From NCBI GenBank assembly GCA_029243605.1, contig JAQWRT010000069.1, forward strand, positions 22,926-86,925: 64,000 bases of DNA, read 5' to 3'. The translations under genes were made by a program, and so were the position numbers. The DNA is from Myxococcota bacterium. GTDB lineage: Bacteria; Myxococcota_A; UBA9160; UBA4427. Below the pieces are notes generated by a model. That model was not told the DNA's origin. It worked only from the letters and a program-made list of their open reading frames with translations, and searched no databases. Shown piece by piece: positions 27,011-39,803 of this stretch; the stretch's first letter is position 1; the number at the start of each line of letters is the position of its first letter.

Positions 27011-28394
27011 CGGGCGGTGGCTCCAGATAGCGTTTCTCGGGCTCCGCATATTCGCCCTTTGCTCTGCGCCCCGCCACAAAGAAGGCGTAGAAGGGCAGCC
27101 CCGCCAGCAACAACCCCACACTCAAAGCACATTCCAGGGGGTTGCCCATGAGCATGGCCACCGCGATGGCTAAATTGGCCACGAAGTACAACCCGGGAAC
27201 CCAAGGATACCCCCAGGCCCGATAGGGGCGCGGGCGATCGGGCTGTCGTTGTCTCAGGCGATAGAGGGCAAGCACATCGGCAAGAGTCGCCAGCAGGATG
27301 GCGAAGACCGTAAAATTGAGAGCTGCCGGAAAGCTGCGCAGGACGAGCAGCAGCCCCACCGCCACCCCGGCCTGGATCACGATGGCCCATGCCGGTGTTT
27401 TGAATCGAGCATGGACTCGGTCCGCCCGGCCCATGAAGAGACCGTCCAGCGCCATGGCGTAGGCGATGCGCGGCCCCACCAGGACCGTCGCATTGAGGGT
27501 CCCGAGGACGGAAATGAGCACAAAGACGCTGACCACCGCCCCGGCCTCGGGGCCGAAAAGCGCCAGCGCCGACGCGGTGCCGGCGTCCGGGGCCTGGCTT
27601 AGGGTTTCCAGGGGCAGAGCAAATAGATAGACAGCGTTGACCGCGAGGTAGATCCCCGCACAGATCGCCAAACCAAAGAAGAGCGAACGCGGAACATTGC
27701 GACCCGGCGATCGGATCTCGCTGGCCACATAGACCGATGCGTTCCAGCCGAGGTAGGTGAAGAGAATGGGGGACAACGCCTGGCCAAAGGCCAGGGGCCC
27801 AATACTCCCGGGCTCGGCCACGGCGACGAGCCGCTCCGCATCGCCGGCATCGCTGAAGGGCCCAAAAACCACGAAGGACAGAAGCGCCAGAATCTTGAGC
27901 GCCGAGGTCAAATTATTCGCCCGGGCGCCCCAGCGCACGCCCACGTAGTTGATCGCCGAAACCGCCAGGGTCACACCCACCGCGGCGAGCAACACGGTAT
28001 TTTCGCCCCAGCCCAGCCGCTCACCGACGCCCTCGGCGAAGGCCGCGGCCAACGCGGCCACAGTCCCGGCGTAAACGGCGAAAAAGCTCAACCAGCCGAC
28101 CAGGAAACCCGCCGCCGGGTGAAAGGCCTCGCGGAGGTAGACGTAATCGCCCCCGGCACGAGGGTACATCGCCCCGAGTTCGGCATTCGCCAAGGCTCCG
28201 GCCAAGGACAGCAGCGCCCCCACCCCCCAGGCGGCCATAATCCACCCGGGTGAGGGCAGCAATTCTGCGACCTGACCCGGGGTGAAGAAAATCCCGGCCC
28301 CGATCACCGAGGCCACCACGAGCATCGAGGCATCGAGGAGCGAGAGCTCCCGGGGAAGTCGGTCGCGGGGGTGCCCAGAGGCCGTGCTTTCCAT
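27003..28394 (-). CDS. APC-family amino acid permease
   Basis: 12-TM profile beginning [24 protein letters not shown], typical of the APC superfamily. ATG at 28394. Confidence 0.85.
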   Translation of the reverse strand: MESTASGHPRDRLPRELSLLDASMLVVASVIGAGIFFTPGQVAELLPSPGWIMAAWGVGALLSLAGALANAELGAMYPRAGGDYVYLREAFHPAAGFLVGWLSFFAVYAGTVAALAAAFAEGVGERLGWGENTVLLAAVGVTLAVSAINYVGVRWGARANNLTSALKILALLSFVVFGPFSDAGDAERLVAVAEPGSIGPLAFGQALSPILFTYLGWNASVYVASEIRSPGRNVPRSLFFGLAICAGIYLAVNAVYLFALPLETLSQAPDAGTASALALFGPEAGAVVSVFVLISVLGTLNATVLVGPRIAYAMALDGLFMGRADRVHARFKTPAWAIVIQAGVAVGLLLVLRSFPAALNFTVFAILLATLADVLALYRLRQRQPDRPRPYRAWGYPWVPGLYFVANLAIAVAMLMGNPLECALSVGLLLAGLPFYAFFVAGRRAKGEYAEPEKRYLEPPPDV

Positions 28395-28477
28395 GAGGGG
28401 TGAGCATAGCGGGCACCACCGGGAAATTTCGAGCGCCGGAAAGTCCAATCGAAGCATGGATCCCCTATAAAGCGATC

Positions 28478-29257
28478 ATGGACTTCGCAGCCGTCTTCCT
28501 GGGGGCCATGACGCCGGCCGAAGTCGGTGTGCTGGGCGTCGGCGCATTTCTCACTTCGATCCTCTCGGCAATCTTGGGCATGGGGGGCGGCATCACCCTG
28601 CTGGCCCTGATGCTCCTCTTCCTCGATCCACTCGTCGCCATCCCCCTCCACGCCACGGTCCAACTCGTTTCCAACGGAACCCGCAGCCTGGCCCAACGGC
28701 GCCATATCCAATGGGGCATCCTCGGCCTCTACGCACTCCCCCTGATCCCCCTGGGCTGGCTCAGCCTGCAACTCGCCCAGGAAATCCCTCCCCACACGGC
28801 CCGGGCGCTCATCGGCGGCTTCGTGCTGATCAGCACCTGGCGACCCGGGTGGCTCCTCCTCGGTACCCGGCCCGGTGAAACCAACCCCCGGCTTCGCTTC
28901 CTAACCCTGGGTGCCGCTGTGGGGGTCATGAACGTCACCTTTGGGGCCACTGGGCCGCTGATCGCCCCTTTCTTCTTGAATCTCGGGCTCACGCGCTTCG
29001 CCATCATCGGCACCAAGGCGGCTTGCCAGCTCGCCGCGCACGCGGTGAAGATCGTGGTCTTCGGCCTGGCGGGATTCGCCTTCCCCGAGTGGGGCGGCTT
29101 CCTGGCCCTGCTCTGCGTCTGCGTGGTGATGGGGACGATCGTGGGAACCCGGATGCTGAAATCTGTGAGCGAAGGCCTCTTCTTACACCTCTACCGGGGA
29201 ATTCTCACCCTGGTGGCCCTCTTTCTCCTCTTCTGGCACGGCTTTCTGGCGACCTGA
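28478..29257 (+). CDS. TauE/SafE (TSUP) family anion exporter membrane protein
   Basis: MDFAAVFLGAMTP...ILSAILGMGGGITLLALML and a second-half repeat GATGPLIAPFFL. ATG at 28478. The track ORF starts at 28400. Confidence 0.75.
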   Translation: MDFAAVFLGAMTPAEVGVLGVGAFLTSILSAILGMGGGITLLALMLLFLDPLVAIPLHATVQLVSNGTRSLAQRRHIQWGILGLYALPLIPLGWLSLQLAQEIPPHTARALIGGFVLISTWRPGWLLLGTRPGETNPRLRFLTLGAAVGVMNVTFGATGPLIAPFFLNLGLTRFAIIGTKAACQLAAHAVKIVVFGLAGFAFPEWGGFLALLCVCVVMGTIVGTRMLKSVSEGLFLHLYRGILTLVALFLLFWHGFLAT

Positions 29258-29664
29258 GAGCCGCCCGGACGGCGAACCGAGTTAAGACCGCAACTCGCCG
29301 AAAAAACAGGGCGATTTGCTTGCCGGACCCCGCCTGAGTCGCTAAATCACATCCGCGAGAAGATCGCGACCGCCCCCCTCCGCAACTAAGGCGGGCGAGA
29401 GCCAAAAACGCGTTTCCCTGTAGTGCTTAACCCACGAACAATCGATCCCGGACTCACACTCCAGGATTGCGGCGCAGAGCACGGGAAAGGCTCGAAGAAG
29501 GCGATCCGCACCGAGGGATCCGGTCCGAAATCGATCGATCCACCGGGGCCCGCAGCGGGTCACCCCAGCTGAAAGGCACCGAGGGATCCGGACCAAGCCC
29601 CGAGTAAAGAGCCAGACCAGCAATCGAAGCAAGTCGATCTGTAGACACGCACACCGACGAGAGG

Positions 29665-31773
<2,109 letters not shown>

Positions 31774-31786
31774 CGCACGGACAAGT

Positions 31787-31825
31787 AAAAAAACGCCCTG
31801 GCCGAATCGGCCAGGGCGTTTTTTT
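31787..31825. terminator. Bidirectional rho-independent terminator between hppA and leuA
   Basis: 11-bp stem CGCCCTGGCCG/CGGCCAGGGCG (31794-31804 / 31808-31818). It is flanked by an A7 run upstream and a T7 run downstream, and sits between two convergent genes. Confidence 0.88.
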
Positions 31826-31888
31826 GTGCTCCAAATCCTCCGAAGCACGAGAGCTTGCGCTCGGCCCTCTCCCCTCAAGCCCTTCCCC

Positions 31889-33613
31889 TCAAGCGAGAGC
31901 CCGGTTCAGGGCCGAGACCACCGCTTCGAGCGCCGCCCCCACACTGCTGGGCCCGCGCCCGGCTCCGAAGAATCGGCGCCCCCCGGCCTCGGCTACCTCC
32001 ACGTAGGCCACCGCCTCAGCGTCGGAGCCCGGCGCCGCCGCGTGTTCCCAATAATCACTGAGGGTCAGGCTCAGGCCAAAGCGTGCGCACAACCCGGTAA
32101 AGAGCGCATCGATGGGACCATTGCCCTCCCCCTCCACCGCGTGGGCATCGCCCTGGTAGAACACCTCTCCGGCAACCCGCCACTCGCCGCCCGGCCCTTT
32201 CTCGAAGCGACACGCCTCGGCCCGGCAAGCCAGGGGTTCCTGCCAGGCGAGATACTCGGACTCAAAGAGACTTCGAATGCCAGCTGAGCCCACTTCTCCC
32301 CCGGTGGCCTCGGCGCTCTCCTGAATCTTGCGCTGAAACTCCACCTGCATGGCTCGCGGAATCGAGTAGCCGTGATCATTCTCCAGGACGAAGGCCACCC
32401 CGCCCTTGCCCGACTGACTATTCACCCGCACCAGAGCATCGTAACCCCGGCCCACATGGGCGGGATCCACGGGGAGATAGGGAACCTCCCAGCGCCGACC
32501 CGGCCCCTCCTCGAGAGCGGCCAGGCCCTTGCGAATCGCATCCTGATGCGACCCGGAAAAGGCCGTAAAGACCAGTTCGCCGGCGTAGGGGTGCCTCGGA
32601 TGAACGGACATCCCCGTACACTCTTGATAGAGCGCCACCAGATCATCGATCCCTTCCAGATCGAGGGCGGGGTCGATCCCCTGAGTGAACAAATTGAGGG
32701 CCACGGTGACGAGATCCACATTGCCCGTCCGCTCACCATTCCCGAAGAGCGTTCCCTCGAGACGCTGGGCCCCGGCCATCAGCGCGAGTTCGGCGGCCGC
32801 CACCGCCGTGCCTCGATAGTTATGAGGGTGCACCGAGAGAATCATCTTCTCCCTCCCTCTCACGTGCCGGGCGAAATATTCGATTTGGTCGGCGTAGAGA
32901 TTGGGCGTACCCATCTCCACCGTGGCGGGCAGGTTCACGATGATCGGGTCGTCCGCAGTCGGCCCCCATTCGTCGGCCACGGCCTCACAGATCTCCAGCG
33001 CGAAATCCAGCTCAGTTCCCGTGAAACTCTCGGGGGAATACTCCAGGGTGATCCGAGTCTCGGGCATGCGAGCCGCCACCTCGCGAATCATCCCCGCCCC
33101 GCGCCGGGCGATTTCCATGACCCCGGCTCGGTCCCGCTCGAAAACCACCCTCCGCTGGAGCGTCGAGGTCGAATTATAGAGGTGCACGATGGCCTGGTCG
33201 GCTCCATCCAGGGCCTCCATCGTCGGCACGATCAGGTCTTCCCGCGCCTGGGTCAGCACCTGAATGCAAACCTCCTCAGGAATCGCCCGGCTCTCGATCA
33301 ACTCGCGAATAAAGGCATATTCGCTCGCGGAAGCCGCGGGAAAGCCGACTTCGATTTCCCGAAACCCCACGGCGACGAGGGCGTCGAAGAAGCGTCGCTT
33401 CTGAGCGGGCCCCATGGGCTGAGCGAGGGCCTGATTGCCGTCACGCAGATCGACACTGCACCAGCGCGGAGGGGCCTCGAGCGAGCAATCGGGCCAGCCA
33501 CGGTCGCTCAGGGGCACGGGTGGGTGGGGTTGATAGGCATCGGCTCGCATGCCCGGGGCGCCCGGAACCCGGTCGGGTCTAGCGGGACTTCTTTCACGTT
33601 CGGCTTTGAACAT
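31889..33613 (-). CDS. leuA: 2-isopropylmalate synthase (long, LeuA type 2 form)
   Basis: WCSVDLRDGNQAL...EIEVGFPAASASEYAFIRELIE...HPHNYRGTAVAAAELALMAGA...FSGSHQDAI. ATG at 33613 preceded by GAGGAGAGAGAACA. Confidence 0.93.
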   Translation of the reverse strand: MFKAERERSPARPDRVPGAPGMRADAYQPHPPVPLSDRGWPDCSLEAPPRWCSVDLRDGNQALAQPMGPAQKRRFFDALVAVGFREIEVGFPAASASEYAFIRELIESRAIPEEVCIQVLTQAREDLIVPTMEALDGADQAIVHLYNSTSTLQRRVVFERDRAGVMEIARRGAGMIREVAARMPETRITLEYSPESFTGTELDFALEICEAVADEWGPTADDPIIVNLPATVEMGTPNLYADQIEYFARHVRGREKMILSVHPHNYRGTAVAAAELALMAGAQRLEGTLFGNGERTGNVDLVTVALNLFTQGIDPALDLEGIDDLVALYQECTGMSVHPRHPYAGELVFTAFSGSHQDAIRKGLAALEEGPGRRWEVPYLPVDPAHVGRGYDALVRVNSQSGKGGVAFVLENDHGYSIPRAMQVEFQRKIQESAEATGGEVGSAGIRSLFESEYLAWQEPLACRAEACRFEKGPGGEWRVAGEVFYQGDAHAVEGEGNGPIDALFTGLCARFGLSLTLSDYWEHAAAPGSDAEAVAYVEVAEAGGRRFFGAGRGPSSVGAALEAVVSALNRALA

Positions 33614-33885
33614 TGTTCTCTCTCCTCGGAACCCTCAACGCTTCGCTCTCTCCCACGCGATCGACCGAAGAACACCCGAATCCTTGCCAAAATCCCTGGG
33701 CTCCGCGAAGCACGGCGCATCCCAATGGCGAATTCTCGGCGACGAACGGGCCCCGAATGCACGAAGCCCCCTCCGGCCTTTCGGCGGGAGAGGGCTTCAC
33801 GCATTTGAGTCCGTTGTTTGGGGCCTCGAAATTCTTCGAACCCGGCCACTCGCCGAGATTCAGTTTCGAGGCCGCTGGACTGGCG

Positions 33886-33957
33886 TTACACCTCCCCCGC
33901 CCTGCCTAGCGGCAGTCGGAGTAGAAGGTGCAATTGTCGGCCAGGGTTTGAACTCAT
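33886..33957 (-). promoter_or_regulatory. Candidate Leu-rich leader peptide ORF of the leuA leader (23 codons)
   Basis: ATG AGT TCA AAC CCT GGC CGA CAA TTG CAC CTT CTA CTC CGA CTG CCG CTA GGC AGG GCG GGG GAG GTG TAA gives MSSNPGRQLHLLLRLPLGRAGEV. Six Leu codons are present, including TTG, CTT and two CTA. Strong hairpins follow. No obvious SD. Confidence 0.35.
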
Positions 33958-33966
33958 CACGCGGCC

Positions 33967-33995
33967 ACTATGTCGAAATACGACGACGACGTCAA
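33967..33995 (-). promoter_or_regulatory. Sigma70-like promoter candidate (TTGACG-N17-CATAGT) for the leuA leader
   Basis: Minus strand: TTGACG (33995-33990), a 17-nt spacer, then CATAGT (33972-33967). It lies about 350 nt upstream of the leuA ATG and just downstream of the recG stop. Sequence match only. Confidence 0.3.
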
Positions 33996-34027
33996 GAAAA
34001 CCACCCTCCCTGGGATCCTGGCCGCCC

Positions 34028-36508
34028 TCAGCCCACTTCCACCAGGGCCAGCTTGTCCCCCCAGCGAGCGGCCACCGCCCGGGCGAGCCCCGGATCCTTC
34101 CCCAGGCCCGGGTCGGCACGGACCACCGCCAGGGCCGCTTCCCGCGCCACCGACACCAGACGCGCATCGCGCACCAGGTCGGCAATGCGCAAATTCTGGA
34201 GTTGGCCGCTCTGCCGAGTCCCCAGAAATTCACCAGGCCCACGAATCTTCAAATCCGCATCGGCGATCACGAAGCCGTCGGTGGTATCGAGCATGGCCCG
34301 CATACGAGCCTCCCCCTTCTCACTCCCGCCACGGGCGACCAATAAGCAGCGTCCGGGAAGATTCCCCCGGCCCACTCGACCCCGAAGTTGGTGAAGCTGG
34401 GCCAGGCCGAACCTTTCGGCGTGCTCGATCACCATCAGCGTGGCATTGGGGACGTCCACTCCGACCTCGATCACCGTGGTGGCCACCAATAGATCGAGTT
34501 CTCCCTTTCCGAACGCATCCATCACCCGGCCGCGCTCCCCTGCCTCGAGGCGACCGTGCAGGACACCCACCCGGGCATCGGGAAAGGCACGACGAATCCG
34601 TTCGGCAGACTCCAGGGCAGAACGCAGATCCACCTTCTCGCTCTCTTCGACCAAGGGGTAGACGACATAGACCTGCTCGCCTCGAGCGAGGGTCTCCTCG
34701 ATGATGCCGACGATGCGCCCCCCCTCCCCCTCGCGCAGGAGATCGGTCTCCACAGGAGAGCGACCCGGGGGAAGCGAGTCGATCACCGAAACATCCAGAT
34801 CTCCGTAGACGGTCAAGGCCAGGGTTCTTGGAATCGGCGTCGCGGTCATGAGCAGGCTATGGGGCTGCAAGCCCCCCGCACCCCGAGCCGCCAAAGCGGC
34901 TCGCTGGCGCACCCCAAAGCGATGCTGCTCGTCGATGATGGCCAGGCCCAACCCCTGGAAATGAACGTCTTCCTGAACCAGGGCATGGGTCCCCACCACG
35001 AGATCGATCTTGCCCTCGGCCAGACCCCCCTTAATTCGCGCGATCTCCTGGGCCGATCGCGAAGCCGTGAGCAACGCCATCCGCAGGGAACTCCCCAAAT
35101 TCGCATCGCCCACGAGCTTGGCCAGGGTCCGGGCATGCTGCTCGGCCAGCAGTTCCGTGGGGGCCATCAGAGCGGCTTGCTTCCCCGCCGCCTGGGCGGC
35201 GACTGCGGCCAAAAGGGCAACCACGGTCTTGCCACTCCCAACATCGCCCTGAAGGAGTCGATGCATGGGGTGAGGCCGAGCCAGATCTCCGGCGATTTCC
35301 GACCAGACCCGTTGCTGGGCCGCGGTCAACTCGAAGGGAAGGCCATGAATCACCGCCTGGACAGTCTCGCTCTGGGGATTCAGGGCGAAGCCCGGCTCGA
35401 AACCCCGAGCCTGGCGCACAAGCGCCAATCCGACCTCGAGCAGATAGAGTTCCTCGAGGATCAGGCGCTCGTGGGCGGCGGAGACCTGGTCCGAGTAGGC
35501 ATCCACATCGGCTCCCGGACCCGGGCAGTGCACCTGACGGATGGCATCCGCCGCCGCCGGCAGCCCCCGCTGAGCCGCCAGCCGGGGGGGCAGCCAACCC
35601 ACCAAAAGATCGGCATGACTCTCCACAGCACTCTGAATCAGGCGCCGAAGAGTGCGCGGGTTCACCTTTTCGGGGGCTGTGTAGAGCGGAACCACGTGCT
35701 GAACATTTTCCGACTCCGGCTCCTCCCCCTTGGGCCCCGGCCGCTCCTCCCCTGAATCCGACTCGGGGGGAGAGTCATCCAGGCGCTCGACCTCGGGATG
35801 AACGATCTCCTTGGAAAACCGGTAACGCACGATGTCGCCGGTGATCAGGAGACGATCCCCTTGCTTGAGGTTACGCGCGATACTCTCGCCGCCTCGAAAC
35901 CACTTGAGGCTGATCGTGCCTCCGTCGTCGCCCACCACCGCCTGGAGAATTTGTCGAGTGTGTCCCCGAGCGCGCGAGCCGACGAAGTCAACCGCGAGGA
36001 CCGAGGCAATAAAGGTGGCGCGCCTCCCTACCTCCAACTCCGAGACCCGGGAAAGCCGGCGCCGGTCCTCATAGCGCGAAGGCAGATGAAAGAGCAAATC
36101 CCCCACGGTGGCGATGCCCCGTTGAGCCAGGGAATCGGCTCGTTTGCCACCCACGCCGGGAAGGACCGAAGTCCTCCGACCGAGCATCCCGTCGATCCAC
36201 TCCGGCTCGCGCAAGGGGGAGAGCCTTTTCCATATGGACTCGAGACGTTTCCGTCGATCGCCCCCCTCGAGAGGCGCCGTAAAGAGCGACTCCACCTCCT
36301 TGAAGAAGCTCACGAGATCACTTGGCAGGCTCATGTCCTGCAGCTTGCGGCAAGCCGCCGCTGCATTGACCTCGAGATCCTGAACTCGGTCGAGGTTGCC
36401 TTGGTCGCCCTCCAACGCAAAGCGCAGTGGGCGCAGCAGTCCCTCTACCCCTGCCTCCAGGGGTGTGCGCGCAGCGGATGGCCCGCGAGAATTCAAGGAA
36501 TGGGCCAC
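34028..36508 (-). CDS. recG: ATP-dependent DNA helicase RecG
   Basis: Wedge domain plus SF2 helicase motifs: LQGDVGSGKTVVALLA, IIDEQHRFGV, LLMTATPIPRTL, QLHQLRGRVGRG. GTG start at 36508. Confidence 0.93.
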   Translation of the reverse strand: MAHSLNSRGPSAARTPLEAGVEGLLRPLRFALEGDQGNLDRVQDLEVNAAAACRKLQDMSLPSDLVSFFKEVESLFTAPLEGGDRRKRLESIWKRLSPLREPEWIDGMLGRRTSVLPGVGGKRADSLAQRGIATVGDLLFHLPSRYEDRRRLSRVSELEVGRRATFIASVLAVDFVGSRARGHTRQILQAVVGDDGGTISLKWFRGGESIARNLKQGDRLLITGDIVRYRFSKEIVHPEVERLDDSPPESDSGEERPGPKGEEPESENVQHVVPLYTAPEKVNPRTLRRLIQSAVESHADLLVGWLPPRLAAQRGLPAAADAIRQVHCPGPGADVDAYSDQVSAAHERLILEELYLLEVGLALVRQARGFEPGFALNPQSETVQAVIHGLPFELTAAQQRVWSEIAGDLARPHPMHRLLQGDVGSGKTVVALLAAVAAQAAGKQAALMAPTELLAEQHARTLAKLVGDANLGSSLRMALLTASRSAQEIARIKGGLAEGKIDLVVGTHALVQEDVHFQGLGLAIIDEQHRFGVRQRAALAARGAGGLQPHSLLMTATPIPRTLALTVYGDLDVSVIDSLPPGRSPVETDLLREGEGGRIVGIIEETLARGEQVYVVYPLVEESEKVDLRSALESAERIRRAFPDARVGVLHGRLEAGERGRVMDAFGKGELDLLVATTVIEVGVDVPNATLMVIEHAERFGLAQLHQLRGRVGRGNLPGRCLLVARGGSEKGEARMRAMLDTTDGFVIADADLKIRGPGEFLGTRQSGQLQNLRIADLVRDARLVSVAREAALAVVRADPGLGKDPGLARAVAARWGDKLALVEVG

Positions 36509-36562
36509 GCGATCAAGAACTCCGATGGCTGGGGATGAACACCGGGCGCGGACGCCTCCTAC

Positions 36563-39500
36563 CTACATCCTCGCGTGAATTTCCTGGATCGAGCGCACCC
36601 CTATGGACTCCGCTCGCAAAGCCTCGATCGCCGAGGCCGAAGCCCGCGCGGCCGCCAAGGTGGTGCAATAGGGTATCCCGCGTTGCAGAGCAGCCCGGCG
36701 CATGGAGAACGAATCCTTCACCGCTCGTTCGTCCGCGTCTACGGTATTGATCACCAGATTCACCTGGCCCGACTCGATCAGGTCCACGGTATGCGGAGAG
36801 TCCTCGTAGGCCTTGTTCACCCGCTTGGATTCAATGCCGTGCTTCTTGAGAGTCTGACCCGTCCCCTCGGTGGCGATTACCTCAAAGCCCAGGGAGACGA
36901 GAGTACGGACCGCTTCGACCACGTTCTCCTGATCCCCCGCCCGCAGAGAAACGAGCACGCTTCCCCCGGTGGGCAGGCTATTGCCCGCTTGGATCTGGGC
37001 CTTGGCGAAGGCTCGACCGAAATCCGAGTCGATGCCCATCACCTCACCCGTGCTCTTCATCTCGGGACCGAGCAGGGTATCCACCCCCGGAAATTTCATG
37101 AAGGGGAATACGGCCTCTTTGACCGAGTAGTGGGCGGGCACAATCTCTTCGGTAAAACCGAGTTCGTCGAGACTCTTACCGGCCATCACCAGGGCCGCGA
37201 GTTTTGCCAGGGGGCGGCCGATGGCCTTGGAGACGAAGGGCACGGTACGGGAAGCGCGCGGATTGACTTCGATGACGAAGACCTCGCCCTCTTTCACCGC
37301 GTACTGCACGTTCATCAGACCCAGGACCCCGAGGCTCAAGGCGAGCTGGTGTGTCGACCGGATAATCTCGTCGATCACTTCCTTGCCCAGTGAAAAGGGC
37401 GGAATCGAACAGGCACTGTCCCCGGAGTGCACACCGGCCTCCTCGATATGCTCCATAATGCCGCCCACCACGACCCGCTTGCCATCGGAGATCGCGTCGA
37501 CATCCACCTCGATGGCATCGCTGAGAAAACGGTCGACCAAGACCGGATGCTCGGGCGAGGCGCGTACGGCGAAGCGCATATAATCTCGCAGAGCGCCAAC
37601 GTCCCGGACGATCTGCATCGCTCGGCCGCCGAGGACGTATGAGGGACGAACCAGCACCGGATACCCGATCTTCTCGGCCACTGCCTCCGCCTCTTCGCCG
37701 CTTCGCGCGACTGCACCCTCAGGGCGCTTGAGGTTTAGCGATTCAAGAAGCTCCTCAAAGCGCTCGCGATCCTCGGCCCGATCAATGGCGTCCGGAGGGG
37801 TCCCAATGATGGGCGCCCCGGCTCGTTCCAAGGGGACCGCCAGTTTGAGCGGCGTCTGGCCACCAAACTGAACGATGATTCCGTCGGGTTTTTCCACGTC
37901 CACGATGGAAAGAACGTCCTCGAGGGTCAGGGGTTCGAAATAGAGCCGATCGCTCGTATCGTAATCCGTGGAAACAGTCTCGGGGTTGCAGTTCACCATG
38001 ATCGTCTCAAAGCCCGCCTCTCGCAGGGCAAAGACCGCGTGCACGCAGCAATAGTCGAACTCGATCCCTTGACCGATTCGGTTGGGGCCCCCTCCCAGAA
38101 TCATGATCTTCTGACGATCCGTTGGGCGCGCCTCGCATTCGTCTTCGTAGGTCGAGTAGAGATAGGGCGTATGCGCTTCGAACTCGGCCGCGCAGGTATC
38201 GACGCGCTTATAGACCGGGGTCACCCCAAGCCGCTTGCGCAGAGCGCGCACGGAATCTTCTTCCTCCCCCCACAATGCAGCCAACCGGGCATCCGAAAAG
38301 CCCATCTGCTTTGCCGAGCGAAGCCATCCCTCGCGCTCTTCCTCGCTTGCCCCGATCAGATCTTGCTCGGCCTGAACAATCTCCTCCACCCTGCGGAGGA
38401 ACCAGGGGTCGATGCCCGAACGACGGTGGAGCTCCGCGACGGTCGTCCCCCGGCGCAGCGCCTCGGCAATCGCCCAGGGGCGACCCGGACGGGGAATTTC
38501 GACGGAGTTGAGCAGCTGCGCCTCCCCCTCCTCGCCCTCGGGCAGAGCCGGTGACTCAAATCCCGCGTGACCAATCTCCAGGGAGCGGATCGCCTTCTGA
38601 AGGCTCTCCTTGAGGGTTCGACCGATGGCCATCACCTCCCCGACGCTCTTCATCTGGGTGGTCAGGGTGCTGTCGGCGTTGGGGAATTTCTCAAAAGTGA
38701 AGCGCGGCACCTTAGTGACGACATAGTCGATGCTCGGCTCGAAACTCGCCGGGGTTTCCCGGGTAATATCGTTGCGCACTTCGTCGAGTGTGAACCCAAC
38801 AGCGAGCTTGGCGGCGATTTTCGCGATGGGAAAACCCGTGGCCTTGGACGCCAGGGCCGAGGAGCGCGAAACCCGGGGGTTCATCTCGATCACCACGATG
38901 GAACCGTCCTCGGGATCGACTCCGAACTGGACGTTCGATCCCCCGGTATCCACCCCGATCTCGCGCATGATCGCCACCGCGGCATCTCGCATTTCCTGAT
39001 ACTCGCGATCGGTCAGGGTCTGGGCCGGGGCGACCGTGATCGAATCTCCGGTATGCACCCCCATGGCATCGAAGTTCTCGATGGAACAGATCACCACGAC
39101 GTTGTCCGCCCTGTCGCGCATGACCTCGAGTTCGTATTCCTTCCAGCCCAGAACGCTGCGCTCCACCAGGCACTCGGTGGTGGGCGATTGGGCCAGGGCC
39201 CATTCGACCAGGCCGTCAAAATCCTCGTCCTCGAAAGCGACGCTGCCCCCGGTCCCCCCCATCGTAAAACTCGGTCGAATGATGGAGGGCAGCCCCGTGG
39301 TCTTCAGAATCTCCCGGGCCTCGGCCAGGGTGCGCGCCAATCCCGAAGCCGGCACCGCCAAGCCAATCCGATCCATGGCGGCGCGAAACTGTTCGCGATC
39401 CTCGGCCTTGTGGATCGAGGCGATATTCGCGCCGATCAACTGCACTCCGTGCCGCTCGAGAACTCCCGCCTCCGACAAACCCACCGCCAGATTCAGGGCG

Positions 39501-39781
39501 GTTTGGCCCCCGATGGTCGGCAGAAGCGCGTCGGGCCGCTCGGCGAGGATGATTTTCTCCACTGCCTCCACGGTCATGGGCTCGATATAGGTGCTGTCCG
39601 CGGTTTCCGGGTCGGTCATGATGGTTGCCGGATTGCTATTCAGCAGAACCACCTTGTAGCCCTCTTCGCGCAGGGCTTTGCAGGCCTGGGTCCCCGAGTA
39701 GTCGAACTCGCAAGCCTGACCGATCACAATCGGACCAGAACCGATCACCAGAATCGTATGAATATCGTCTCGTCGGGGCAC
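36563..39781 (-). CDS. carB: Carbamoyl-phosphate synthase large subunit
   Basis: [42 protein letters not shown]..., a duplicated ATP-grasp architecture, 1072 aa. Confidence 0.97.
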   Translation of the reverse strand: MPRRDDIHTILVIGSGPIVIGQACEFDYSGTQACKALREEGYKVVLLNSNPATIMTDPETADSTYIEPMTVEAVEKIILAERPDALLPTIGGQTALNLAVGLSEAGVLERHGVQLIGANIASIHKAEDREQFRAAMDRIGLAVPASGLARTLAEAREILKTTGLPSIIRPSFTMGGTGGSVAFEDEDFDGLVEWALAQSPTTECLVERSVLGWKEYELEVMRDRADNVVVICSIENFDAMGVHTGDSITVAPAQTLTDREYQEMRDAAVAIMREIGVDTGGSNVQFGVDPEDGSIVVIEMNPRVSRSSALASKATGFPIAKIAAKLAVGFTLDEVRNDITRETPASFEPSIDYVVTKVPRFTFEKFPNADSTLTTQMKSVGEVMAIGRTLKESLQKAIRSLEIGHAGFESPALPEGEEGEAQLLNSVEIPRPGRPWAIAEALRRGTTVAELHRRSGIDPWFLRRVEEIVQAEQDLIGASEEEREGWLRSAKQMGFSDARLAALWGEEEDSVRALRKRLGVTPVYKRVDTCAAEFEAHTPYLYSTYEDECEARPTDRQKIMILGGGPNRIGQGIEFDYCCVHAVFALREAGFETIMVNCNPETVSTDYDTSDRLYFEPLTLEDVLSIVDVEKPDGIIVQFGGQTPLKLAVPLERAGAPIIGTPPDAIDRAEDRERFEELLESLNLKRPEGAVARSGEEAEAVAEKIGYPVLVRPSYVLGGRAMQIVRDVGALRDYMRFAVRASPEHPVLVDRFLSDAIEVDVDAISDGKRVVVGGIMEHIEEAGVHSGDSACSIPPFSLGKEVIDEIIRSTHQLALSLGVLGLMNVQYAVKEGEVFVIEVNPRASRTVPFVSKAIGRPLAKLAALVMAGKSLDELGFTEEIVPAHYSVKEAVFPFMKFPGVDTLLGPEMKSTGEVMGIDSDFGRAFAKAQIQAGNSLPTGGSVLVSLRAGDQENVVEAVRTLVSLGFEVIATEGTGQTLKKHGIESKRVNKAYEDSPHTVDLIESGQVNLVINTVDADERAVKDSFSMRRAALQRGIPYCTTLAAARASASAIEALRAESIGVRSIQEIHARM

Positions 39782-39803
39782 GGCGCGTTTTCCTCTCGGT
39801 CGC

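Noticed and set aside
29342-29632. 96-aa minus-strand ORF in the hppA upstream gap
   Set aside because: It has no SD and an Arg/Cys/Leu-rich sequence without motifs. The region is better treated as non-coding leader.
33886-34242. 118-aa minus-strand ORF overlapping the recG 3' end
   Set aside because: As a whole it overlaps recG in another frame and is Trp/Arg/Gly-rich. Only its last 23 codons, from the ATG at 33957, are considered, as a possible leuA leader peptide.
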